From the human T2T-CHM13v2.0 reference genome, Homo sapiens, in assembly GCF_009914755.1 (NCBI RefSeq), contig NC_060934.1: a stretch of 64,000 nucleotides of DNA; one strand, written 5' to 3'. The position numbers and the translations under genes were made by a program. Within the stretch, counting starts at the first letter, position 1, and every line of letters begins with the position of its first letter. The notes under the pieces were generated by a model. That model made no database searches. It worked only from the letters and a program-made list of their open reading frames with translations, and was not told the origin of the DNA. Below are positions 1 to 16,922 of this stretch, in pieces.

Positions 1-793
1 ATTTATTGGTCACAACAGCATACATTTTATGCTCCAAAATACATGGATCTGACAAAATGGTTACATTTAATGTTCTTTTAAGGAAAGATGAACTAAATTT
101 AAGAAGAATTGGTTTTTCCTAATATCTCATTTTCAAATTACTGATACAAATTTGCCAGAGAAACAATTACATGTTTTACCTAACATCAAATAATCTCCAG
201 TTTCTAAGACAGATGCATTTCTTGTTCAGTTTCCAAAAGTAAATAAAGGCTTTCTAACTGAAAACATTTGCATCCCTAGCTCTCTAAAGTAAACATTAAA
301 AAGAAAATTACAAAAAATGACCTCTAAGCTTCTGAACAGTCCACTTAGTTACATAAAGTACTTTCTGTCCCAACACTTTCTCTAATTCAAAAGATATTTA
401 CTTCCTAAGTACACGACAAAGTCTTCATTTCAAACCATTCACTCAGTTTCCATGGTAACATTGCGGGCTTCCTTGGCTACCATAAGTCGCATTAGTTGAC
501 TGTGGAATTTCTCAATCTTCTTTACATCTTGAGCTTGGTCTGTTTTATACACCAAACAAACTAAATCATCTGTTACTTTAACACACAAGTTCCCATCAGA
601 ATGCCTATATTTGAGAACCACACGTGCCTTCATAGGGTCAGCGAGGTAAAGCTTCTCGGCAGCGCGGCTGAACTCCTCCCAGGTCTGGTACTGCGGCATC
701 GTGGCCTAGAGTGGAAAAGTAAAGAGAAGCAAGGCCTCAGAACCCGGCCCAACAAACTACCTACGTCCGGGAGTCGCCAACCGACGCGAGTCC
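1..793 (-). pseudogene. SRP9P1: SRP9 processed pseudogene/retrocopy in TNKS2 intron 1, antisense; runs off the window start
   Basis: Intronless SRP9 ORF at 699-439, 5'UTR-like sequence to ~793, 3'UTR toward position 1 with minus-strand AATAAA at 7-2; A-rich TSD-like flank right of 793. Confidence 0.95.
439..699 (-). CDS. SRP9P1: Intact 86-aa SRP9 ORF of the retrocopy (translation not shown)
   Basis: [24 protein letters not shown]...[10 protein letters not shown] with no stop or frameshift; matches human SRP9 as I recall it. Confidence 0.6.
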   Translation of the reverse strand: MPQYQTWEEFSRAAEKLYLADPMKARVVLKYRHSDGNLCVKVTDDLVCLVYKTDQAQDVKKIEKFHSQLMRLMVAKEARNVTMETE

Positions 794-854
794 TGCAATG
801 CCATTCTTTCTTAGCTTTACTTCTCAGACTCCTTTTCATATACTGTGATACCTT

Positions 855-2110
<1,256 letters not shown>

Positions 2111-2632
2111 GCAATAAGCCCTCAGTGAGATATGACATGTCTAAAACTTGGACTCTTCATCTTCTGCCACAAACCTATTTTCATCTGCAGCCTTGCCCCC
2201 ATTGCTGTTGATGGCAACTTCACTCTTCCATTACTGAGGCCAAAAACCTTGGCAGTAGTGTGTATAGTAGTAAGATTGGAAACAACCTAACTATGTATGA
2301 GAATGGAACTAGTTACATTTTGATACTCCCAATCAAGAAAATATATAAAATACTGATAGGAGTTGATTTCTGGGATATTATTAATAATAGATGTTTTTTA
2401 AGAAAGGAAGATGTAAACACTATCTTTAAAGATATATATTAGCAGATGTTTGCTTGCATGTATATAAAATAACTTCAACGTATGTGAAAAAAAGTGGTAA
2501 CCAGAAGGAAGGGAACTGGGAAGCTGGGAATAGGGGTGGGAGGAAGGCTTCACCAGCCATGTGAGTATTACCTATGGTGTTCACATGAACCATGTGGGTA
2601 TACTATCCTAACCAAATCAGTCTTAATCTTAG

Positions 2633-2941
<309 letters not shown>

Positions 2942-3335
2942 AATCTTAGCCCTTATCATCTGTCACCTAGACTATGGCACATAGCATTCTAAAACCTTAA
3001 GGACCTATCTACTGCCTGTCTCTGCATTTGATTCATTTATTCACGCAATTGCCAAGGTGATCTTTCTTTAAAGAAAAAAAAAGGCAAATAGTCACTGCCC
3101 TAAACACATCATTCTGTAACTAATGATGTGTTGTAGCAGTATTTTTCAAACTGTTTCTAAGAGGTGCTCAGGGATACAGGAATATTTTCTTTTGGGTCTT
3201 TGTGAGGGGAAGAAGGAGGATTCAACCAGAATAGTTTTTATTTTATTCAATTAATTTGCAGTTCTATGAATGCCAACTATGTACTAGGCATTGGGTATTT
3301 AGCAGTAAACATGACCTGCACTTATTATAATCTTA

Positions 3336-3698
<363 letters not shown>

Positions 3699-3738
3699 CT
3701 AATTTATGGGACAAAGGCCAGGTGCTGCCTTAGCCTAA

Positions 3739-4068
<330 letters not shown>

Positions 4069-4087
4069 CAGCCTGACATACTCCTGA

Positions 4088-4506
<419 letters not shown>

Positions 4507-5059
4507 AAGCATTTATTCTTTCATACCTCCATGTCTGTGTACGTTTTGTTTCTTCTGCTTGGACTGCAGGACCCTTCCTTGCTCATCTCCTTTCCCTCAC
4601 CTCTCCCTCCTCATTTTCCTAATCATCCCTTATTTTTCTGTATGCTTTCAGCTCAGGTGTCATCACTGGAATTGCCTTAGGTAAGTCTTTTCCGTTCTCT
4701 GCTTTCCCCTAGTTTAGGAGTTCCCTTCTTTGAGCTCTAGTAGCACTTTATATATACATAGCAATTATATTGTATTGAAATTTAAAATCTTCATATCTTA
4801 AATTATGAGCTCTTTGAGAGGAGGAAGAATCAAAGATACAAAGATACTCATCTTTGTGACCACAGAGCCCAGCAATGTTAAAACAAAACAAAAACAGTTA
4901 ATCTTTTCAACTATCTTTAGCTCTTCCATCAGCTGCAACCAGGCCAACCCCAGGCATCGACCTTAGAAAGACTGTACCATTACTTTCTTATCTGTTCTCA
5001 TTGCTGGTCATCTTGGAAGAACTACAGTCAGACTTGGTGGCTTTAAGAATAGAATGGAG

Positions 5060-5376
<317 letters not shown>

Positions 5377-6264
5377 TCAGAAGAGTGAGCAGTTCCTTTC
5401 TCTCTACCCAAACACATTGTAGACCACTCCATCTGCTTTAACATATGCCTGAAAGCCTTATCATTTCAAAGCTAGGTGTAAAAAGATTTTAAGTACTAAT
5501 ATATGGGAATGATAAGAGATTGAAACTCATTGGTGCTAGATCTGTAAACCAGTATAAATAAATTACCAGACTTTTTTTGTTTTATTTGATTTGGGGGCAG
5601 TTGAGCAGAACTGTGGAATGTTGGTACCTAAAGGAGGCCTCCTACATGGAAAGAAGTTATATATGCGTTTTGCAAGTGGCAAAGTAGGGACTCCTTTGAA
5701 GACACTGGATTTCATACTTTTGCCTGGGGTTATCTCTCTGTGTCTCACTACATAGACAAATATTAGCTGTGAGCAGATCTTTTTTTGTTGCTTCTTGTAG
5801 TCCCCCAGTTTAGCAGAAACATTCTGTGAGATAGATGTGGGAAAGGAATTCTAGCAAGAGTTTTGTCACTGTATCATAAGGTTGTGATTTACATATTTAA
5901 GTTTTATACTTTGAACATCTGAAAATGTATACATACTAAATATGCAGAACTCTATTGTAGAGTGAGAAACATTTGAACTTTGAGCTTTCAGTCACTTATT
6001 TTGTATTCTTTCTTTGAGGTTAGCAGTAGTAGTACCACCCAAGGCACTGCTTAGGTACCACTGCTGCTTAGTGGAGAGTCCCTCTGGCTTTATCATTAAG
6101 GTTAGTTATTGATATATTTCTGATCACCTTTCCATTAATTAGTTCTTGAATTGTTGAGTCTGTTATTAATTTTCAACCTGAAACATTTTAGTATGGATGG
6201 TACTTATCTAATTTGATATCTTTTCCTTGTTGAACTTACGTGTGGACAATTTGTTTTCATCTAG

Positions 6265-6489
6265 GTTTTGGGCGGAAAGACGTAGTTGAATATTTGCTTC
6301 AGAATGGTGCAAATGTCCAAGCACGTGATGATGGGGGCCTTATTCCTCTTCATAATGCATGCTCTTTTGGTCATGCTGAAGTAGTCAATCTCCTTTTGCG
6401 ACATGGTGCAGACCCCAATGCTCGAGATAATTGGAATTATACTCCTCTCCATGAAGCTGCAATTAAAGGAAAGATTGATGTTTGCATTG
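6265..6489 (+). CDS. TNKS2: TNKS2 exon 2 (225 nt, ankyrin repeats, ARC1)
   Basis: ctag|GTTTTGGG...TGCATTG|gtaag; [16 protein letters not shown]...KIDVCI. Confidence 0.97.
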
Positions 6490-7014
6490 GTAAGACTGTT
6501 TACTTTTCTGACTTTTACTAATGTTGTAACTATTCTGAATCTGAACTGAATTAATCTGTTCATATCATCAAATTATGTCAAGCTGAATTTAAATATTTAA
6601 GAACATCCCATGATTTAATCTAACTACTATTTACTGAGTGTCTTTTTGTGTGTAGTACTGAGCCTAAATTTCTTTGGAGAATGGACTACAAAGTGCCTAT
6701 TATACTTGCATTCTCTTGGGAGAGAAAATATACAAAGAGCCAGATAAAGGCATGGTGGAAGGGAACAGAGAGTGTTAAGAGGATAATGAGCACAGTGACT
6801 TGGCAGGATCAAGTCAAGGCCCTACTTCCTGGAGTCTTTCCGTGAGAAAGGGAAAGTCTTTCCAGTGGGGAAAGGGTTAAAAAGGTAGGTGGGGATTTCT
6901 CTATAAAAAGCTTTAAATACCAGGTTAAGGAGCTTAATATTAGTACGTGCAGGCAGTGTAGAATATTTAATATTTTTTGAGGAAGGGAACACTGTGATAA
7001 GAGTACATAGTATG

Positions 7015-8166
7015 CAGTCATGCTCCACGTAACTCCATTTCAAAATGGATGACATACATAAGGGTGGTCCATAAGATGATAATGGAGCTGAAAAATTCCT
7101 GTCACCTACTGACTTTGTAGCAGTCCTAACTTCATAGCACGAGGCATTACTCAGGTGTTTATGGTGATGCTGGGTTAACCTAGTGCACTGCCAGTCATAT
7201 AAACGTATAGTATATAAAATTATGTACACTACATGATACTTGATAATAACCAACTTTGTTACTGGTTTATATATTTACTATACTTTTTATTGTGATTTTA
7301 GAGTATACTCAGCAATTAAAAAAAAAAGTTAACTGTAAAACAGCCTCAGGCAGGTTCTTTAGGACGTGTTCCAGAAGAAGACATTATTATAGGAGATGAC
7401 AGCTCCCTGTATGTTATTGCCCCTAAAGACCTTCCAGTGGGACAAGATATGGAGGTGGAAGACAGTGATATTGATGATCTTGAGCCTATGTAGGCCTAGC
7501 TAATATGTGTGTCTATATCTTAGTTTTTAACAGAAAAGTTGTAAAAAAAAATTTTTTTGAATAGAGAAAAGCTTATAGAATAAAGACATAAAATATTTTT
7601 GTATAGCTGTACATAGTGTTTGTGTTTTAAGCTGTTATTACAAAAGTCAAAAAGCCTTTAAAAATTTAAAAATTTCTAATGTGAAAAGGTTACAGTAAGC
7701 TAAAGTTAATTATTGAAGAAAGAAAAATATTTTAAAAATAAACTTACATAGCTAAGTGTGCAGTGTTTATGTAGAGTCTACAGTAATGTATTATAATATA
7801 CTAGGCCTTCACATTCACTCATCACTCACTCACTGACTCACTCAGGGAAACTTCCAATCCTGCAAGCTCCATTCATGGTAAATATCCTATACAGATATAC
7901 CATTTCTTATCTTTTATACTATATTTAGACATACTTAGTTACAGATGTACTTACCATTGTATTACAGTTGCCTGCAGTATTCGGTACAGTAACATGCTGT
8001 TCAGGTTTGTAGCCTAGGAGGAGTAGGCTATACCATGTAGCCTAGGTGTTTGGTAGACTGTACCAGCTAGGTTTGTGTAAGCATACTCTGGTGTTGGCAC
8101 AATGACGGACTCACCTACCAATGCATTTCTCAGAGTATATCCCTGTCATTAAGTGACACATGACTG
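7015..8166. mobile_element. Tigger3(b)-type DNA transposon (TcMar-Tigger)
   Basis: Terminal inverted repeats cagtcatg...catgactg with TA after the right end; ~1.15 kb internal sequence of Tigger3/MER7 type. Confidence 0.8.
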
Positions 8167-8787
8167 TATTTTATGAAGAGTAATCTGGTAGGGGACTGGG
8201 TAGGATGGATGGCATCAAGGATACCAGTTAGGAAACTGTAAAGTAACCCAGGTGAGAAATGATGCTACTGAATTATAGGGTTATAGGAGAGAAATGGCAG
8301 GATAAGTAAGAAAAATATACAGTATGTGAGAAGGCTTTTTGAGAATTTGTATTAACCTGGTATTTACTTTTGTGAGACAAACAGATTCAAGGATTTTGGA
8401 CTCATTGCCACCTTAACTCCATTATTTCCTGATGTAAAACAGGGACAGTTGAAATCCTTAACAGATAGAAAGCCAGTTCAGTGCACTAGAGAAAGTCCAG
8501 GTGTTCTATGCTAGACTTAAGTTGGACCTCATGGTCCCCAGCATCCCAAATCACTATTTATGTCAACTTCACCAGCTTAGTTGAAATGAGGTCATTTATA
8601 AAGATGTGAAATGGATTTCCTAGTTACCTCTGCCCAATTCTCCTTTTCTGTATGTTGTCTTAAATTGTTCCTGCCCTACATTCAAATACATCATTTTTAC
8701 CACATAACCCAACTCTGGTACCTCAGAATCTTAGACATATAATTAATTAGTTTTAATAATGTAGAGTTTTCCAAATATAGTTATAAT

Positions 8788-9064
8788 CTGCACTATCCAA
8801 TATGGTAGCTAAGGGCTTGCAATGTCTGAATTGAGAGGTACTCTAAGGGGAAAAAGCATGCCACATTTCAGAGACTTAGTACAAAAAAAAATGTAAAATA
8901 TCTAATTTTATATTGATTATAATATAAATGTAAATATTGAATTTTTGGATGTATTAGGTGAAATCTGTTCAAATTAATTTGAACTGTTTCTTTTTTTCAT
9001 GTAGTTACTAGAAAATGTTAAATTATTTATGTGGCTCACATTTTATTTCTGTTGAACAGCACTG
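8788..9064. mobile_element. MER33/MER3-like hAT-Charlie element
   Basis: Ends ctgcactatccaatatggtagc ... ttgaacagcactg. Confidence 0.65.
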
Positions 9065-9169
9065 GTATATATAGGAGTAGAGCAGAATGGAAATTCACCC
9101 TATCAAAGAACAGGAGCTGAGCTTCCTTTCTGCACATATTTGCCTGTCTTCCTCCAGCTCCTTATTTAG

Positions 9170-9542
<373 letters not shown>

Positions 9543-10433
9543 AAGACTTCCCTTTTTATGTGCCTTGAATTATAATGTAGTAGTTTTGATTTGGGGTAGG
9601 TTGGCCCTACTAAGGGTATTTGGATTTTAACTTAAAATTCCGTGTAATTAACCTGAAAAACCTAACTACTCAGCTAGCAACCCTTATTTATATATCCCTC
9701 AGTTAAGATTTTTCCAAAGAAAAATTGTCCTTGTAAGGAGTAATTTGCACCTCGGTTTCAATGTACCTACTCCACTCCTTAGACTCTTTACCTTGCACCT
9801 TACAAGTGCATTGTATTATGGTATCAATAGTGGACAAATACAAGCAGGCTCCTGTTAATTATTCAGCTTTCCTGAAGAATAGAAAGATAATGACTGATGA
9901 CCTTACAGAATTTATTGAAAGCATAAGGAAGCTATTCAGTTTTTTGTGTTTTTTAAAAAAGAATTTACCTGTGTGATTTTCTTTTTTTTTTTTTTTTTCT
10001 TAAAAATCCTACATATCTCTGTTCCCAGGCTATCTATAGCTTTAGACATTTTATTTCTGTCATGATGAACAGTCTTTCTAGCATAAGCAGTGTTCTTTTG
10101 GAATGAGAAAACAAGCTTTTAAGCACACTTGCCTTTTCCCTTACACACTCTTATCTATCCTTAGTCACTTGTCACCAGCTATATAAATAGCAAAGGAAAA
10201 TCTGCATTGAACTGAGGGGGAACTTATTTAATGTGTCTTTAATGCATTAAGTAATAGAATACTTTATGTATTATTTTTATATTTAAAATGTAACATTCCC
10301 ATTCTGACAAGATATGAAAGGTCTTTAAACAACTTTGAGACTTTGCTGGACCAGACTTCTTGAGAAAATGATTTACTAAAATCAAGTTGTTAAGATTACC
10401 ATTGAACTTCAAAATAGTGTTGCTATTTTGCAG

Positions 10434-10529
10434 TGCTGTTACAGCATGGAGCTGAGCCAACCATCCGAAATACAGATGGAAGGACAGCATTGGATTTAGC
10501 AGATCCATCTGCCAAAGCAGTGCTTACTG
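10434..10529 (+). CDS. TNKS2: TNKS2 exon 3 (96 nt)
   Basis: tgcag|TGCTG...CTTACTG|gtaag; [32 protein letters not shown]. Confidence 0.97.
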
Positions 10530-10860
10530 GTAAGTCTGTATACTCTGGTTATTCCAGGAAGCCTGTAAAGAACAACCTTGCCAGGTAGGAAATTTGCCTC
10601 CTATGATTAATGACTTCAGCTAGATTTTTAAAATAGTGTCAGTTCAGTAGCTATCCTTTTCTACGTCTAGATAGCTGACATTTGATTCTCCTCTAAGAAA
10701 AATAAAGCTTTCTTTTTATTTTCTAATTGCTGTTTAAGTATGTCATTGTTGCCTTATTGGGGGTGAGGGTGATAGATAATTGTATGTTGCTTTAGTATAT
10801 TCAGGACATTTTTTAAATACCCCTGAGTTTTTCAGATAACTTATGCCTGCCCTTTACATG

Positions 10861-10935
10861 CAGGTTGAGTATTTCTAACCCAAACTTCAAAACACTTCTG
10901 GTCTTAAGCATTTCAGATAAGGGATATTCAAGCTG
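10861..10935. mobile_element. Short internally deleted Tigger4/MER46-type MITE
   Basis: caggttgagtat...gatattcaagctg ends match the longer copies at 19295 and 41317. Confidence 0.6.
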
Positions 10936-11825
10936 TACTATTTTTTTTAATGTATTTTAATTTTGATGGAATGCTTTCAAAAAACACTGGCCATTCCGTT
11001 AACTTTTCAGAAGAGGATTCTAGGCACACTCATTTCAGTACCATGCTAGTTGTACTCTGCTGTAACATATTTATGTCCTTGGAACCTATTGCTATGCATA
11101 AGGCTATAGTTTAGATTGACAAGCTTTCCTGAGTTGTATCCACTTCACATATTATCTCCCTTGTTAGTGTGCTTTCCTCTTAGCAACTCAGCCATGTTGT
11201 TTACCAGATTCTTACCTACCTTGTGATGACTAGAATCATACCTAATCTAAAGTCAAGAGCCAAAGGGGCTTTGCTGTGAGCTTTGTGCCTGGATTTTGTG
11301 ATATTTCTTCTACCATTGCTGAGAAAATTTAGACTTCTTCATGAGAAGACTTCTTCATGAAAAGACTTCTAGAAGTGTGCACTGTTATTGTGACTATCAA
11401 TCAGTGTTCATTTTCTCCTTCACTAGTCCATGTTATTCCATGCTTTTATTTTTGTTTTTTAAATCTTGGGCCTCAAAAGAAGCATTGCCTTGGCAGTCAG
11501 TATGCAGTTCACATTGTGGGTTTGGATGTCATTCAGCAAATCATATTAATTTAAATTTTGTTGGTTTTATAGTTTTGTTTGTATTCATTTGTAAAAGTAA
11601 AGCCTTTAATAAAGAAAAGAAATAAAAGAGTTCATAGTTAATCCTTTTTTATATTTGTATATATTTAAAGTAGCATTAAATAAACATGATATTAGTGTCA
11701 AAAAAATCTAGGTTCATAAAGATGTTAATGATTATGTTTAATCAGTGATGCTATAGATTCTTTTGTCATTTCTATAATGTTGGTATATTGAGTTTTGTTT
11801 GTTTTGTTTAGGAGTTTGCTTTTGG

Positions 11826-12132
11826 GGTGTGTATGTGTGTGCATGTGTGTGTATCAAGGCCTCACTCTGTCGCCCAGGCTGGAGTGCAGTGGCACAGTCA
11901 CAGCTTACTGCAGCCTCAACCTATCCAGGCTCAGGTGATCCTCCAACCTCAGTCTCCTAAGTAGCTGGGATTGCAGGCGTGCCTCACCACACCCAGCCAA
12001 TTTTTGTATTTTTTGTAGAGAGAGGGTTTCACCATGTTCCCCAGGCTAGTCTCTAACTCTTGGGCTCAAGCGATCCACCCACCTCAGCCTCCCAAAGTGC
12101 TGGGATTACAGACATGAGCCAATACACCCGGA
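11826..12132 (-). mobile_element. AluJ with (TG)n-derived tail
   Basis: AluJ-type antisense dimer. Confidence 0.85.
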
Positions 12133-12571
12133 CATTTTTAGGTTTGGAACAAAGTTGTAGATACATTTTGTTTCTCTGTTATAAAAATAACATACTCATT
12201 TTAGGAAATTTGAAGGGAAAAAGGGAAAGGTCACCAATAACCTATGACCCAAGATAAACTTTGTTAATATTTTGGTATATTTTCTTTTGGGCTTTCCTTT
12301 TCCTGAGCATATTGATTTTATATAGTTGAGGTTGCCTTTCATTATATAAAATAGAATCTTTTTTTTTAATCCCATAGCAAAGGTATTTCATGTTTGCTCT
12401 TCATGCAAATATTTTTAAACTACACAATATTCTGTTAATGAACTATTTTCCATTTATTGGAAATTTGTTTCCAAATTTATCTACTTTATAATTCATTGGG
12501 CATCTTTTTGCATAAAACTCATTAATTTTTCTTTTTAATTTCTATACTTTTTTTTTTTTTCTAATTCACAG

Positions 12572-12608
12572 GTGAATATAAGAAAGATGAACTCTTAGAA
12601 AGTGCCAG
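12572..12608 (+). CDS. TNKS2: TNKS2 exon 4 (37 nt)
   Basis: cacag|GTGAA...GCCAG|gtacgt; GEYKKDELLESAR. Confidence 0.96.
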
Positions 12609-12783
12609 GTACGTACTAATGTTATAAATATGTGACAGGAATACTTCACCATTAACTTTTTCTTTTTTTTTTTTTTTACAGTAAGCAAACTTTAAAAAGA
12701 ATTTTTTTTTAATGGTTACAGTACTTATCTTGAGGAACATCTGATGAAGAATGCAAATTACTAATACTTTTTTTGTATTCTAG

Positions 12784-12859
12784 GAGTGGCAATGAAGAAA
12801 AAATGATGGCTCTACTCACACCATTAAATGTCAACTGCCACGCAAGTGATGGCAGAAAG
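12784..12859 (+). CDS. TNKS2: TNKS2 exon 5 (76 nt)
   Basis: ctag|GAGTGG...AGAAAG|gtact; [25 protein letters not shown]. Confidence 0.96.
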
Positions 12860-13240
12860 GTACTTCCTTTTGCAACTGAGTTTGTGCTTATCTCCTGGTA
12901 ACATGAAGATAAAGATGTGTTTATCTTATGATAAATTGAAACATATTTGAAGAGAGTGCTGATGTTTTAAGTGTTTCAGTATTTTCAGTATTTCAAATTC
13001 TTAAGCCTAGTAAAACTTTATTGATGATAAACAGTTATTTGCTTCCTATATGCAATAGTGAATTTATAAACTTGTATACTATGCCTTCAATATGTATGTT
13101 GGATTTTGTAAAACCAAATTGATAACTACTTAGCGAAGTTATAATTGGATTTTCTGGTTTTATATTTGGGTTTTTTCCCTCTCACACATTTTATTCAACC
13201 ATTATTTGAATTTCATTAATATATTTGATTAATATTTCAG

Positions 13241-13335
13241 TCAACTCCATTACATTTGGCAGCAGGATATAACAGAGTAAAGATTGTACAGCTGTTACTG
13301 CAACATGGAGCTGATGTCCATGCTAAAGATAAAGG
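13241..13335 (+). CDS. TNKS2: TNKS2 exon 6 (95 nt)
   Basis: ttcag|TCAACT...AAAGG|gtaag; [32 protein letters not shown]. Confidence 0.97.
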
Positions 13336-13499
13336 GTAAGCATTTGAACAAAAACAAGGACTTTTTAAATGTTACCCTCTTCTTAAAACAATCTTTGTAA
13401 CCTTAGAAAAATAATATTTTTTACTAAATAACATTAATATATATTGAGCTTTTACAATGTACAGGTTGCTCTGAGGGCGCAGGAAATTATAAAACCTTA

Positions 13500-14633
<1,134 letters not shown>

Positions 14634-15597
14634 TAGAACTCTCAGTTTAATGGGGTGATACAGGAACATAGTGGTAGCATCTAGTAGGTAGTTAGGAACA
14701 AAATTGGTGCTCAGGCAAGTGAAGAATCATATATTCAAAAACAGTAAGGAAAGCCATGAACCTTTAAAGAGAGGACTCATAGAACTAAAGACTAAATCAC
14801 AGGTGACCATCCCTTACCAGAGTTTGGCATGATGGTGGCTATGGCAGCATATTAGTGAGTGATCCCAAACGAGAAGGAAAAGCTTCAAGATAGAAGTCAA
14901 GATTTTAAAGTTTCACCGTATCTTCCCATAGAGAAAGTTCTTCCTCCATTCCCATCATGGAAGAATTGGGTTTCAGCTTATTAAGGATCTCAAAAAAGTT
15001 TTAAAAATGAGCCAGTATTTGAGCTAAGTCTGGAAAAGACATGTAGAAATGAGCCAGAACAAAGGAGGGAGGGAAATCTATACCCAGGGAACAGTATGTG
15101 TAGAGGCATACAGGGAATTATAAGTTTAATATACCATTATTGAAGGGTAAGCCTAGAGAGGGAGCCAGATAATTGCGTGTGCCACGTTAATAAGTTGGAA
15201 CCATCTCTTGAAAGCACAGAGTTAATGGTGAAACTTACCTTTTAGAAAAATCTGCCTTTTAGACTTACCTTTTAGAAAAATCTGCCTCAGCTTGGAGCAT
15301 AAAGTGGGGTGGGAGCTATTTCAATAATGCAGGGGAGAAATAACATAGACCCAAACTAAGGCAGTGGCAGTAGCAGTGAAGTATAAAGGAACATGGATTT
15401 GAAAGAGACTTGGGAGTTCAAATTCTTAGGACTTAGGGTTCAAATGGATGTTACTAAATTTTGAACATTTTTATTAGAACATCACATAATCCATTTGCTA
15501 TTTAAGTATAAGTAATTAAATAAATTTTAATTTATAAATTTCCCTAGGCCTAAGAAATCTATACTGAAACAGGATTTTCCCCCCCTTCTCATTGTAG

Positions 15598-15664
15598 TGA
15601 TCTGGTACCATTACACAATGCCTGTTCTTATGGTCATTATGAAGTAACTGAACTTTTGGTCAAG
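15598..15664 (+). CDS. TNKS2: TNKS2 exon 7 (67 nt)
   Basis: tgtag|TGATC...TCAAG|gttag; [22 protein letters not shown]. Confidence 0.97.
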
Positions 15665-15860
15665 GTTAGTGCTCTTGTACTCTCCTAATTACTTTCTAGA
15701 GTTATATAAAATAACTTGAAATACATTAGTATGTCTGGGTTTCTTTTTATTTTCTGTGTTCTTAGTGCTTAAAAAAGTAGAAGTATTTATAAACATTATA
15801 AAATATAGGTGACTGATAGCTCAGCATTTGACTGCTTTGAGATTTTTGAGATACCATATG

Positions 15861-16187
<327 letters not shown>

Positions 16188-16228
16188 TAGCACTGTCATC
16201 TTGCTACACATCATCTTGTGACGCATCA

Positions 16229-16366
<138 letters not shown>

Positions 16367-16586
16367 TAATGTAGAATAGCAGATAAAGTGATTCCATAAT
16401 TTATAGCTAAAGGTGAAGTTTCAAAACTCTAAGAAGCAGTTTTTAGTGAATCATATTTTGTTAAAACCACCAGATATAATAGCAAGATTTGCCAGTTGTA
16501 CTTCGAGTTGGAGCTGGCCGATTTGGTAAGGTTCACTTCTTCCAGTATGCTCAACAGCTGTTTAACAAACAGGTTCCCAAGACTAG

Positions 16587-16922
<336 letters not shown>

